DNA of 64,000 nt from Mobula hypostoma (taxonomy: Eukaryota), in assembly GCF_963921235.1 (NCBI RefSeq), contig NC_086126.1:16120001-16184000 (forward strand). The letters are read 5' to 3'. The translations under genes were made by a program, and so were the position numbers. Below the pieces are notes generated by a model that was given only the letters and a program-made list of their open reading frames with translations, had not been told where the DNA came from and ran no database searches. Positions 1 to 11,780 of this stretch are shown here, piece by piece (the first letter of the stretch is position 1; the number at the start of each line of letters is the position of its first letter).

Positions 1-2570
1 AGGATCCTACACTGCTGCAACTTTACACCTTGGCTCCTAAATCGATGAAAGCCATTGCACCTTATGCCTTCTTAACCACAGACTCAACCTGCACAGCAGC
101 ACTGAGTGTCCTATGGACTTAGATCCCAAGATCCCACGAATCCTCCACACTGCCAAGGGTCTCACATATTAATACTATATTCTGCCATCATATTTGTTAC
201 TACCAAAATGAGCCACCTCACAACTATCTGGGTTGAACTCCATCTGCTACTTGTCAGCCCAGCTCTGCATCCTATCAGTGTCCCGCTGTAACCTCTGGCA
301 GCCCTCCACACTATCCACAACACCCCGAACCTCTGTGTTATCAGCAAATTTACTTAACCATCCCTCCATTTCCTCATCCAGGTCATTTACAAAAATCACG
401 AACAGCAGGGGTCCAAGAACAGATACTTAAGGCAAACCACTGGTCACTGACCTCCGCGCAGAATATTAGCCATCTAGAAACAATCTTTGCATTCTGTGGG
501 CAAGCCAGTTCTGGATCCACAAAACAATGTCCCCTTGGATCCCATGCATCCACACTTTCTCAGTAGGCCTTGAACGGTGTACCTTATCAAATCCCTTGCT
601 GAAATCCATATTCACTACATCTACTGCTCTACCTTCATCAATGTGTTCAGTCACATCCTCAAAAAATTCAGTTCGGCTCGTAAGGTACGACCTACCTTTG
701 GAAAAACCATGCTGACTACTCTAAATCATATTATGCCTTTCGAACTGTTCATAAATCCTGCCTCTCAGGATCTCCTCTGTCAGCTTATCAACCACTGAAG
801 TAAAGCTCACTGATCCATAATTTCCTGGGCTATCTCTACTCCCTTTCTTGAATAAGGGAACAACATCCGCAACCCTTCAATCCTTCGGATCCTCTCCCGT
901 CCCCATTAATGATGTACAGATCATCGCCAGATGATTAGCAATCTCCTCCTTCGCCTCCTCAGGAGCCTGAGGTACATCTCGTCCGGTCCCGGTGACCTAT
1001 TCAACTTGATTCTTTCCAAACCTCCAGCACATCCTCTTACTTAATATCTACCTGCTCAAACTTTTCAATCCGCTGTAAGTCATCCCTACAATCGCCAATG
1101 TCCTTTTCCGGAATGAATACTAAAGCGAAGTATACATTAAGTACCACTGGCAGCTCCTCCGGTTCCATACACACTTTTCCATCGTTACACTTGAGTGCTT
1201 CTATTCTCTCACGCCTTATCCTCTTGCTCTTTGCATACTTGTAGATTGCCTTGGAGTTTTCGTTAATCCTGTCCGCCAAAATCTTCTCCTACCGCTGCTG
1301 TCTCTCCTAATTTCATTCTTAAACTCTTTCCTGCTTGCCTTATGATCTTCTAGCTCTCAGTCATTACCTAGTTTTTTTTTTGAACATTTCATAAGCTCTT
1401 ATTTTCTTCTTGACTAGATTTACAGCAGCCTTTGTACATCACGGTTCCTGTACCTTACCGTCCTTTCCCTGTCTCATTGGAACGTACCTGTGCAGAATCC
1501 CAAGCAAATATCCCCTGAACATTTGCCACATTTCTTCCGTACGTTCCTTGAGAATATCTGTATCCAATTTATGCCTCGAAATTCCTGCTGATAGCCTCAT
1601 CTTTCCTCTTACTCCAATTAAACGGGTTCCTAAGTTGTCTGTTCCTATCCCTCTCCAATGATATGTTAAAGGAGATGGAATTTTGATCACTATCTCCAAA
1701 ATGCTCTCCCACTGAGAGACCTAACACCTGAATGGGTTCATTTCCCACTACCAGATCAAGTGCAGCCTCTCCACTTGTAGGCTCATCTAAAAATTGTGAT
1801 CAACAGTGCCACGCAACCACCTCTTTTGGCTCCCTGCCTTTCCTTTCCGGAACATCTAAGGCCTGGCACTGGAATTAACCATTCCTGCCCATGACTGTTC
1901 CAGGTCTCTGTAAGGGCCACAACATCATAGTTCCAAGTAGATACACATGCTCTAAGTTCAACCGCTTTGTTCATAATACTCCTTGCATTAAAATAGACAC
2001 ATCTCAAACCATCGGTCTGAGCGTGTCCCTTCTCTATCACCAGCCTATCCCCTCTCTGACAGTGTCTCGAAGCTCTTTCTATTTGTGAGCCAACCGCCTC
2101 TTCCTCTATCTCTTCAGTTCGGTTCCCACCCCTCCAGCAATTCTAGTTTAAACGTTTCCCAATAATCTTTGCAAATCTACCCGCCAGTCTTTTGGTCGCG
2201 ATGGGATTCAAGTGCAACCCGTCCGTTTTTTTTTTACAAGTCATGCCTGCCCCAAAAGAGTTCCCAACGATCCAGAAATCTGAATCTCTTGTCTTCTACT
2301 CCAATCTCTCAGCTACGCATTTATCCTCCACCCGATTCTGTTACTATACTCACTGCCGCGTGGCACAGGCGGTAATTCCGAGATTGCTAGCTTTGAAGTC
2401 CTGCTTTGCACCTCCTTCCTTAATCACCTGTAGTCTGTTTTCAGGACCTCTCTATTTTCCTACCTATGTCGTTGGTACCAACATGTACCACGACCTCTGG
2501 TTGTTCTCCTTCCCACTTCAGGATATCGTGGACACAATCAGAAACATCGAACACTGCCACCTTGGAGGCA
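1..2570 (-). mobile_element. Degenerate CR1 LINE (ORF1 esterase remnant, APE endonuclease start, RT), inside the intron of the GPCR whose exon 1 is at 3061-3130
   Basis: Minus-strand fragments LRCVYFNARSIMNKAVELRA (APE endonuclease start) and EGRAVDVVNMDFSKGFDKV...WIQNWLAHR (CR1 RT). Many stops and frameshifts; runs off the window start. Confidence 0.9.
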
Positions 2571-3060
2571 AACAACCAACTTCTGTATATTCAGACATAT
2601 TGAACACGTTTATTAAAATTTCGTAACAGTTTCCTGCTTCAACACGAAACTCCTCACACTTGCTAAAATGTTGCTTCCAGTCGATGGTTTGCTCATTGTT
2701 TCTTACTCCGACAACCGATCACATACAAATGCAGGCTAATAATTAGTGTAACACCCCCGGGCTGTTTCAGCACAAGACCAAAGCCACAGAGACCCGAACG
2801 TCCCACTGTGGATCACAAACCGCTGGAAGATTGCTGCCTTACCCGTTCATTTCCCCTAAAGTCGACGGACTGGCTGAATTCTTGCAGCGGCTTGTTTTTA
2901 GATCCATACACCAGAATACACAATCCTGCTGATTCCATTCCAGTCCGGAAATGCGGAATTCTGGGAATGGGCATGCGACAGTGGAAGCTAGCGATAGAAA
3001 CAATCACAGCATTGGAATTACACTTCATGTCCCACCAATCCCATCTGACACACTACTTAC

Positions 3061-3130
3061 CAGGTATTCCAAAGGCTGAAATAAAAGGATAGTAAATGTC
3101 TTCTATCCGCCAGATGACTGGATACACCAT
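3061..3130 (-). CDS. GPR139-like GPCR paralog C, coding exon 1 (MVYPVIWRIEDIYYPFISAFGIP+G); exon 2 predicted left of the window
   Basis: 70-nt exon from ATG to CCT G|GTAAGT donor. 21 of 23 aa are identical to exon 1 of the complete gene at 48930-48999. Not in the ORF track. Confidence 0.85.
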
Positions 3131-3216
3131 TTCAGTGAGAATCTGTGATTTCTGTTGCTCCTGATTTCACTGCTCCGGCAGACACTCTGAGCTGATGCTT
3201 TCTGAAATAGCCCAGA

Positions 3217-3222
3217 TTTATA
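3217..3222 (-). promoter_or_regulatory. TATA box (TATAAA) of GPCR paralog C
   Basis: TATAAA about 87 bp upstream of the ATG, at a similar position in all three paralogs. Confidence 0.55.
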
Positions 3223-3799
3223 CAGAGGATCAGTCTCCAGAGATAAGTCACCACACTGACTTTCTTAGTTGCAGTTGATTGAAAAAACACTTTAATTGAA
3301 CACCATTGCCTTTGATAAATGTTGGGTTGGTTAAAGAAAAACACATCAAGTGTCTTTGGTATTACCTGAGAAAAATAAGGCCGGTAGCTTTACTTACAAA
3401 GACTGAGCAGATACATTTAAATATTTTATATTTTTGTTGGCTAATTATTCATCTCTCAACGCAGACGAGCGTTGTCATTGCAATTCTGTTCAACAATGCT
3501 TGAATCGTCGAACATGCTTTTTTATCATTATACTCTTTTTTTAATTGAAAACAAGCGCTCTCTCCTACAGGTGCTGATCAATTATACCATTGTTAGTAAC
3601 AGCTGTACAAATATGATGAAGCGAATTCAATGTGGGTGAAATATGGTACGAGACTTCCAAGGAGGTCTCAATTTAGTCGTCGCCTTGTCTTTCCAATGAC
3701 TTTGTGCTTCCGGCGATAACATCAGTTAGGGAAATTTTAAAAGGACAAAATGATTGCATGCTAGAATACCTCATGATTTCAACTGCCCCAATGAAATTG

Positions 3800-4025
3800 G
3801 GTCGCTTTTGAATAACCGTGTTTAGCTATGGTCACTACATCGCCGGAAGATGTAATTAGTCTGGAGATGGGTGCAAAGTTTATCACATAGAAATTCGCTG
3901 GACTAGCAAGCTTGTGTTACAGGGCAAGAATGGATGAAAGGAACCGATTTCTCGGTGGTTAGCAGGCTGAGGGGAGACCTGAGAGAATTTTATAAAACAT
4001 AAGAGATACGTATGGGTTAGAGAAT
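3800..4025 (+). mobile_element. Old CR1 RT 3' fragment
   Basis: gaagatgtaattagtctggag...aggctgaggggagacctgagaga resembles the CR1 RT C-terminus (RLRGDL.E). Confidence 0.6.
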
Positions 4026-4126
4026 CGCAAACAACAGGAATTCTGCAGATGCTGGAAATTCAAGCAACATACATCAAAGTTGCTGGTGAACGCAACAGGC
4101 CAAGCAGCATCTGTAGGAAGAGGTGC

Positions 4127-4162
4127 AGTCGACGTTTCAGGCCGAGACCCTTCGTCAGGACT
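4127..4162 (-). ncRNA. Minimal type I hammerhead ribozyme motif (intact core)
   Basis: Minus strand AGTC-CTGACGA-AGGGTCTCGGCCT-GAAAC-GTC-GACT: CUGANGA and GAAA boxes, GUC cleavage triplet, AGTC/GACT stem I, palindromic ACGT stem III. Confidence 0.7.
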
Positions 4163-4425
4163 AACTGAAGGAAGAGTGAGCAAGGGAAATCCCTGATCCA
4201 GAGCAACCACAGGAACGGTGAGCAGCCAGATGAGGGAGAATGGGAGAGAGGATGAGGGAGCAGTGGGTGAGAGGAGAAGGGGCGGGAGAGGATGAGAAGG
4301 AGAGAGTGAGATGGAGATGAAGAGAAACGATGTTCAAGAATGGAAATATATGAAATTAACTACCAACACACAGAAAAGTTGCTGGTAAACACAGCAGGCC
4401 AGGCAGCATCTATAGGAAGAGGTAC

Positions 4426-4461
4426 AGTCGAAGTTTCGGGCCGAGCGCCTTCGTGAGGACT
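4426..4461 (-). ncRNA. Hammerhead motif with mutated core (likely inactive)
   Basis: AGTC-CTCACGA-AGGCGCTCGGCCC-GAAAC-TTC-GACT; substitutions in the CUGA box and stem III. Confidence 0.5.
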
Positions 4462-6034
4462 AACTGAAAGAAGAGCTAATAAGAGATTTGAAAGTGGGAG
4501 GGGGAGGGGGAGATCCAAAATGATAGGAGAAGTCAGGAGGTGGAGGGATGGAGCCAAGAGCTGGACAGTTCATCGTCAAAAGGAATATGAGAGGATCATG
4601 GGACGGGAGGAATAGGGAGAAAGAAAGGGGAAGGGAGTTGCCCAGCGGATGGGCAATAACGAATGGGGTACGATGTGGAGGTGGGGCATTAACGTTAAAG
4701 TTAGAGAAGTCAATGCTCATGCCATCAGGTTGGAGGCTACCCAGACGGGATATAAGGTGTTGTTCCTCCAACCTGAGTACGGCTTCATCTTTACAGCAGA
4801 GGAGGCCATAGATAGCCGTGGACTAACCTGTAACTTCAGAATAATATCCTTTGTTATATTGATCCAGGATTATTTCCAGTAGACGTGCAAACGGGCGAAG
4901 AAATAACAATGCAGTACACATAACCGTGTACTAAGGAGTTGGTGCAGGGGGATGGTTTCGGTTATTGGTATCATAGAGCTCTCTTCCAGGGCACGTGGGA
5001 CCGGTGCAATGACGACATGTTTTTCTCCCAGGAGCAAACTCCCCCACCAGTATGTTTTCTGGAAGCACTTGGAAGAGTTTTAAATTTGTAGCAACGTGGT
5101 GGGGACGAGTTTTGCACATTGGCAGATCCATTCGGCAGACGGTGAAGGTGAGGTCGTGTAATGCTGAAAGGAAGTCCCGGCGGCTAGAATAATGGTGGGA
5201 CTATAGTGCTGAAGTGTTTATTTGTTTTTGTATCGATAGGTCTTAGGGTGGATTTACAGCATCAACTATTTGCTGTGCATATAAGACCGTAACGATGAAC
5301 TGTACACTGTGAACTCTTGACCCAATAAAGATCACACTCAGCCCAAAGTGAACGTGGAGCACTACACTAGCCTATCTCAAATTGAAGAGGTCACAAGTGT
5401 ACACACACAAGTGTTCGGACTGCAGAGATATAACTATGCACAATTCAAGGAATATGCAGCATGGATGTCTGCATGCACCTTCCTGAGGCAAAACTACGTG
5501 CTGGATGCAGAGACTCATAGAATAGTAGGCAAAGAAAAGAGGAACGATGTCCCTTTTAGGTAGACGGGAAGATGTATTGAGGGTGAATGGCCGTGAAATG
5601 TGAAGAGTAGCACGTGAGGGCAGAGAAAAGGCATCCCGATTCTTGGAGGAGGAACCCGCAGGGGGGCTGGAATCAACAACACACTGCCCAAATCCATGAC
5701 CAACTCATCAATTACTCAGACAATACACCCTGCTGGTGAATGTTCCTCTAACTTCAGACAATCAGGAAAGAAATAAGGCGTCCCTTCCGGCCACTACTTG
5801 ACGGAAAGAGTTGCCGGGTCGAATCGAAGTAGTACGTGTATGCCTATTAAGCGTCGTTTTCAGTACAGCAACAAAAATCGGAGTGCTCCAATGACCCTTT
5901 CTGTACCCGAAGATTCGATTAGAAGGTCGCACTTTCTTATTGTTATCTGGTTCTGAATGTGATCACTACTCCAGCCTGTAACGGGGGTTGCTCAGTTCGT
6001 CCTGTGTTACCTTCTTTGGTGCATGAAATAGAAG

Positions 6035-6580
6035 GGAGTTGCAGAAACTATATAAGTCACCTACACCTGATGGGGTAGAGGCAGTTGAAGAGATCGTGGG
6101 GGCATTAGCAGTGCTCTTTCAAGAATCACTGGGTTCTGGAATGGTTACAAAAGACTGGAAAATTGCAAATGTCATTCCAGTACATAGAACGGAGAGAGAC
6201 AGAAACAGTGAAAACTTTAGGCCAGTCAATCTGATCTCAGTGGTTAGGAAGATGCTGGAATGCACTTTTAAGTCTTAAGTCTCACATTACTTGGAAGGCC
6301 ATGATAAACTACGCCATTGAATGCGTAATTTCATCAGGGAAAATCTTTCTTAACAAATCTTCTGGAAATATTTGAAGAAGCATCAAGCAGTATAGGCAAA
6401 GAGGAATCAGTAGATGTTGTCTCTTTGGATTCTTAGATAGACACATGGCGGTCAGAAAAATAGAGGGCTCAGCGGTAGGGAAATTCTAGGCAGCTTCTGG
6501 AGTAGGTCACATGGTCGGCAGACCATTGTGATCCGAAAGTCCTATGATGTGCTATAGATTTCTATGTTCTTTGTTCCATG
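6035..6580 (+). mobile_element. CR1 RT fragment followed by a CR1 3' tail
   Basis: ORF 6039-6278 DWKIANVIPV...NFRPVNLISVVRKMLE; tail tttctatgttctttgttc near 6560. Confidence 0.8.
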
Positions 6581-6889
6581 AAATGAAATGATATGACAAT
6601 TACATCGACAAAAAATGACATGAATGCATTTCACTTGAAATCGGGAGATCTTTGGAGACGGCGAGGGAACCTTTCTGAACTCACAAAACGTGATAATGCT
6701 CTCAGGGCCAACTGGTCACAGACTGAAACAGCAATAATGTTAAAGTCAGATGTCACACTCTACGCGATCCGTCAAGAAGAACGGTGATACCAGATGCAGA
6801 AGCAACTGTTGTGCCAATAAATACCACGAATTCGACATTCCCACCCGAAATAAATTTCTATTCTAAGTAGACGTACGTCTGTTCTGTGA

Positions 6890-7450
6890 CACGTAGATCA
6901 GATGGTGAAGTAAGTGCCAATCATACTTGCCCTCGTCATGCAGGCACTGGAAGAGCTCGAATATTTTGTTATAGTTGTAAAAGTTATTAATTAGGTCGCG
7001 ATTGGATCACTGTGTGCAGTTCTGGTCACACAACCGTTGGAAGGATGTAAATAAGCTGGAAATGGTGCACATATTTCGCATAAATACTGTCTGGACTAGA
7101 GCGGCTGAGTTACAATTAAATGGGCAGTACTGTTCTCCTTGGTGGTTTACGGGGCGAGGGAAGACCTAATAGAATTTATAAACCACAAGTGCCAAAGATA
7201 GTGTAGACAATCAGCATTATTTTCCCGGGTTAAAAAAGTCCACTACCAGAATTCACAGCTTTAAGGTGAGGGAGAGGGTAAGTTAACAGATGTGCGGGGA
7301 GAAATTATTTCTTTACGTTGAGATTGCTCGGTTCTTGGCACGCACTGTCATGGAGAGTAGAGGAAGCAGTTATGACATTGGCATCGAACAGCTTCCAGAG
7401 AGACAATTGAATATGTAGGAAATGGAGGGATATGGATAACATAGAAAAAG
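6890..7450 (+). mobile_element. Old CR1 3' fragment
   Basis: tgtgtgcagttctggtc (CVQFWS) and downstream CR1 3' motifs, heavily decayed. Confidence 0.7.
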
Positions 7451-8638
7451 AAAAGATTTGTGGCCACGAGGATGGTGTCAGCGCTATGAATGATTCAGAG
7501 CAGGCGTAGGCAGAGTGCATTTTATTGTGACTATCTCAGGATTATTCCCTGTTCCACGCGCAAGCCGGGTAAGAAATAGGAAGGCTGTACAGTTAAAGGT
7601 GTGGCTAAGTTGCAGCAGTGCGATAGTTTCAGTGATACGGGTTAATAGGCTCTCTGTCTGGGCAGCTGAGACCTTTGCAATGTAACAGTTTCACCTCAAA
7701 TGAAAGGGAGCAAAATCCTTTACCAGTTGCTTCGCTGGCGAGTTTATATTAGTGTGGAATGTGGTAGGAACTAATGCTTCAGTCTTGGAGATACTATTTA
7801 GCAGACGGTAGAGGGGAGGTCGGGTAATACTGAAAGTAATTCCAGCTGCAGTCTGGTCGGACTGAGGTGTTGGCGTTTATTTATTTTTTTTGTAGCGATA
7901 CACCGCAGACCACCAAAACTCAGCTGTGTCGATAAGACATGGACAACCCACTCTACACTGTGAACTCCCAACACAACAAAGATGACACTCAGCCCATTGT
8001 GGACAGCGAGCTTTATGCTGGCATTTTTTTTTTCAACACTGGGAAAGACACAGACCTGCACAAACCATTATTACTATTTTTTTTGCCTGCACACAGTGTG
8101 TCCAGTGCTGTTCCAAAGGTCCACAGTAGGGGAGTGAGCCAGGAGAAATCAAACATTCTCCAGCGAATACACAGACTTCTACAACATCAACAAGGTGGGG
8201 TATTGAAGATATACCGGTTGTTTAACCATAACCCCTTACTCTGCTTTGACAGACAGACATGCACACGCACTATACAATATAGAAAATAAAAATTGTCAGG
8301 AGTGAGTTAGAAGGAGAATGAAATCTACAAATGAAGTCCTTCATTAATGATACACCCACATACTGTAAATAACTCAACGTGCTGCGCAGTGAGCCCTCTC
8401 ACACCACGCAGTCAGCCCTCTTGACTACTGTCAGAACCCAGTACAGCACCTGCACTCCAAGGACAGAAATAAATAAAACACTTATACGAAACTGCAATTC
8501 CGGGATTCAAGCAATCACCCGCCTCGCACTGAGTATCCTTCAGAGTATACAGGAGAGAGCACCTCAATTGGAACCTCTTGACTTGATCTCAAATTCACAA
8601 AAGGCATACCTGAAGTCTCCACGTGAGATATAAGATTA

Positions 8639-8659
8639 TCAACAACAACAACAACAACA
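8639..8659. repeat. (AAC)n microsatellite
   Basis: aacaacaacaacaacaaca seen directly. Confidence 0.8.
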
Positions 8660-11600
8660 GCAAAAGCAGATTCCATATAAATCATGGAAGTATTTAGCAT
8701 GGATTGAAGGCTGTCAGACTAGCGAAACAAAAAGCTGCAATAAATTTTCCAGCTAGAGATTTGAAACTTGTGGGGTTCAGCAGCGATAGAAACGTAGAAA
8801 CATTGAAAACCTACAGCACACTGTAATGAAGTCTGGTTCCTGAAGGTAGATGATTATTTCTGCAGCTCAGAAAATAGACATTTGGCAAAATAGATAGGGA
8901 TATGAGTAACAACAGAAACATGAGATTACACAACTTTGATAACTTGGCAGACCAAGAAATAAAAGATAACACAGACAGCGCAGTAAGGCCTTCACCACAG
9001 CCTGAATGGGGAGTGAATATAAGTGATTTGCGCCCTTTCTGTGGTTGGGGCAGCGATCAAATGGACTGTCCGAAGATGGTTCCGTCAAAGCGTCCTCGAT
9101 GTCATTATAAGGCAGACCACCCCATCCCCTTCTGTACATCGATATCAGGGCCGGTTAGCATGATCCATATTCACCTTGTTGGTGTCCTGGACTTGATTGC
9201 CACCGCCGTGCTTTAGATATCAGAAAAACAAGGACATAAGTCTATAATATAACTGAAATCTGACAGATCTGAAGGAAGCATCAAGCATACGAATGACAAA
9301 GCTACATTTTAATAACTGCTGGATCAATTTCTGGAACAACCTCTGCTTCCAGTTTGCAGGCTGCCATTAGGGTTGATGTCGAAGATATGCATGCACACAA
9401 GGACATAATCGTTAAATCGGAAAGGGTTTCAGGAGTACAGGGTAGTAATGTTGCCATTTTAGTTTAGATTATCTTAAAGCTTCTCTTAAAGTTAATCAGT
9501 TGTGCCAATGAGGGACATTTAGCGTGTGTTATGGACATCGGGTATATTTCAAATATTAATTTAGCTGGCAACCAAACTTCAGACATGAGCGTGGATTGTA
9601 CGAGGGGTTATTGATAAGTTCGTCGCCCAAGGTAGAAGGAGTCAGACAGTGCTTACCTGCAATTTTCAATGATCTGAAACAGAAATACCACAAAAGATAT
9701 TAACTTCAAACTTTCTGCATAACCAGCAAAGAGTTGAACTGCACGTGCTTGTAATGAGAGCTGTATAACTTATCTCCTTCTACCTAAGGCCGCGATCTTA
9801 TCAATCACTCCTCGTAGAATAAATTTAAAATGCAGCCCAGAAATTCAGCCTGCAATTGTTCGTATGCAGAAGGAGCTAACCGAATCCTACATGTAATTCA
9901 AAGGAAACATTGTAGAAATATTTTAACTATAGAATGCTTAAGCTGTTACCTTGGATCATTAACAGATAAAATGTCATGTAACGTTGGGTCACGATGCATC
10001 TTTCGAACAGTGTCTCTGTATGATATCTGCTGCCCATTTTTATTGTACAAAACAAATTAATATCCACCGGATTTAGGGACTCTTTGGTGAAATTGTTCAG
10101 GTTCAAAAAAGTGTATTATTTTTCGCTTTAAACAACCTAGTTTATTTAGATAAACCTATTCTAACTGTACTGTTTATAGTTCTTTGATTCAACAACCATA
10201 GAGATGGGTCTCTGAACACGGTACGAGCAATGATGGGGATATCAGTGTGGGATCGTTTTGTTTTCGGACAGCCCAGCCACTAGTATTGAAGATTTTATCA
10301 GCGCCAAGGCAACTCTGGTAACAATTAGCTTCCACAGGCACCATAGACTACATAGTCTACTTTAAATAAGTATTTCACAACCTGTACCAACGAAATTGTA
10401 CAATTATAATTCAGCCTCTGCAAAATGTCATCTGATATAAACCCACATCACTTTTTTTGTCGAGGGTTTTCCTTCCAGTATAATGGCGGAAGTAATTTTG
10501 TTGGATATGCGGTGATTTCACCTCAGCATCAGATGAGGCGGCAGACTGTCTTCTTCCTGTTCTGCTCAAACAGTGCAACATGCTTGCTTGCTCAAAATTT
10601 TTCTTCCTTGCAGCTGGTGATGTAGCGATTATTTACGAAGAGTCCTGTTATGGCTCAGACAACGCAAATAACGATGGAGCCATAAAAACCTCGCGGGTTG
10701 CTCACCTCTTCGGGAACTCGACAAACAACCAAAATAAAAACACAAGCAACGGTGAAATAATTCCGATTTTTCCTGCAATTCCGTTACCACCTGCAATTGC
10801 TATTATAATGCGTACGGCTAATTCAATTGTGATGATTAACAGCAGCTACACCAGAACTTTATTAACTGGCATTGAACCCGAGTGTAATCAGGCTTTCGAT
10901 TTAATTTCAAATTCTACTGATGAATTTAGTACTTTTTATTGTGCCTGTGTTTTCTCTGTCCGTAGAAGCTGATCCAAGTCGTAGAAATGAAGTCGTAAGT
11001 GTGATAAACTTTTATAATGAGAAAATAATCCTTGGTTTTGAATTGCTGAGAGGATATCAAGTGATACTGGATCATTCTTCACATACAACGTGGTAAAGGA
11101 ATTGGCAGCTGTCTTGCTGTTTAAGCATCCGTTCATAAGTGCCCTTACTTTCATAAATCTAAAGGAACTGTTGAAAAGTAGAACAGGGCTCTATAAACAA
11201 GCTTGGCGACATTGACTGAGAAAATTAGGCTCCTGTTGTGAGATTTGCTTCCAGTGGCTCTCGTGGCAATCAACTGCGCCCTAAACAACGAAATATGTTT
11301 ATACCACATGAAATAGGGTTGGAATGTCCTCTGAACTCTACAGTCCGTAAATTCCTTCCTTTTTAATTAAACAGAAGGACATCAATATTACGAATGAAAG
11401 CATGATGCAGTATTGTGTAGCACAAATACAATCTTCTAAAAGTTTCCACAAACAAGAAACTAAATCCCAGAAGAAGACAAGGGGTAGAAAATGTTAGATC
11501 CATCAGCAGGAGAGTGGTTACTGCTGAGACACAACTGATGAAAGAATTGCTTTGAGCTCCCATGACAATATCTCTTTCAATTACTGCTAGCAGAATATAC

Positions 11601-11689
11601 TGTATTGAAGGTTCGAGGAAAGCTGATGAGCGTTCACACATCCCACACGGAGCAATCAGCTCACTCTGCTCTTCTTGGGCACTCGTATG

Positions 11690-11780
11690 GTTGCTGTCAT
11701 TTTAAAGCAGTCAGGAACCACAGATTGCAGCAGTGAGTATTGTAGATGTCCCTGAACGTACCCACCAGTTGATTGATGAT
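11690..11780 (-). mobile_element. Short Rex1/Babar-like LINE RT fragment
   Basis: QLVGTFRDIYN...TALK resembles QLAGVFTDIFN...PTCFK of Rex1-type RT. Confidence 0.5.

Larger units (their letters stand above)
4028..4812 (-). mobile_element. Penelope-like element 3' region with partial tandem pseudo-LTR
   Basis: ORF 4460-4771 begins EEQHLISRLGSLQPDGMSIDFSNF, the C-terminus after the PLE GIY-YIG domain. The terminal segment is duplicated (4030-4185 and 4365-4480), and 4030-4185 is nearly identical to 22580-22737. Confidence 0.8.

Noticed and set aside
2808-3092. Plus-strand ORF with a similar partner at 48642-48953, as a conserved small gene
   Set aside because: Explained by DNA-level duplication of the GPCR intron/exon 1 block. 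The starts are non-ATG and indels shift the frames.
8867-9216. Overlapping 90-104 aa ORFs in unique sequence
   Set aside because: No recognisable motif or splice structure; length is within chance expectation
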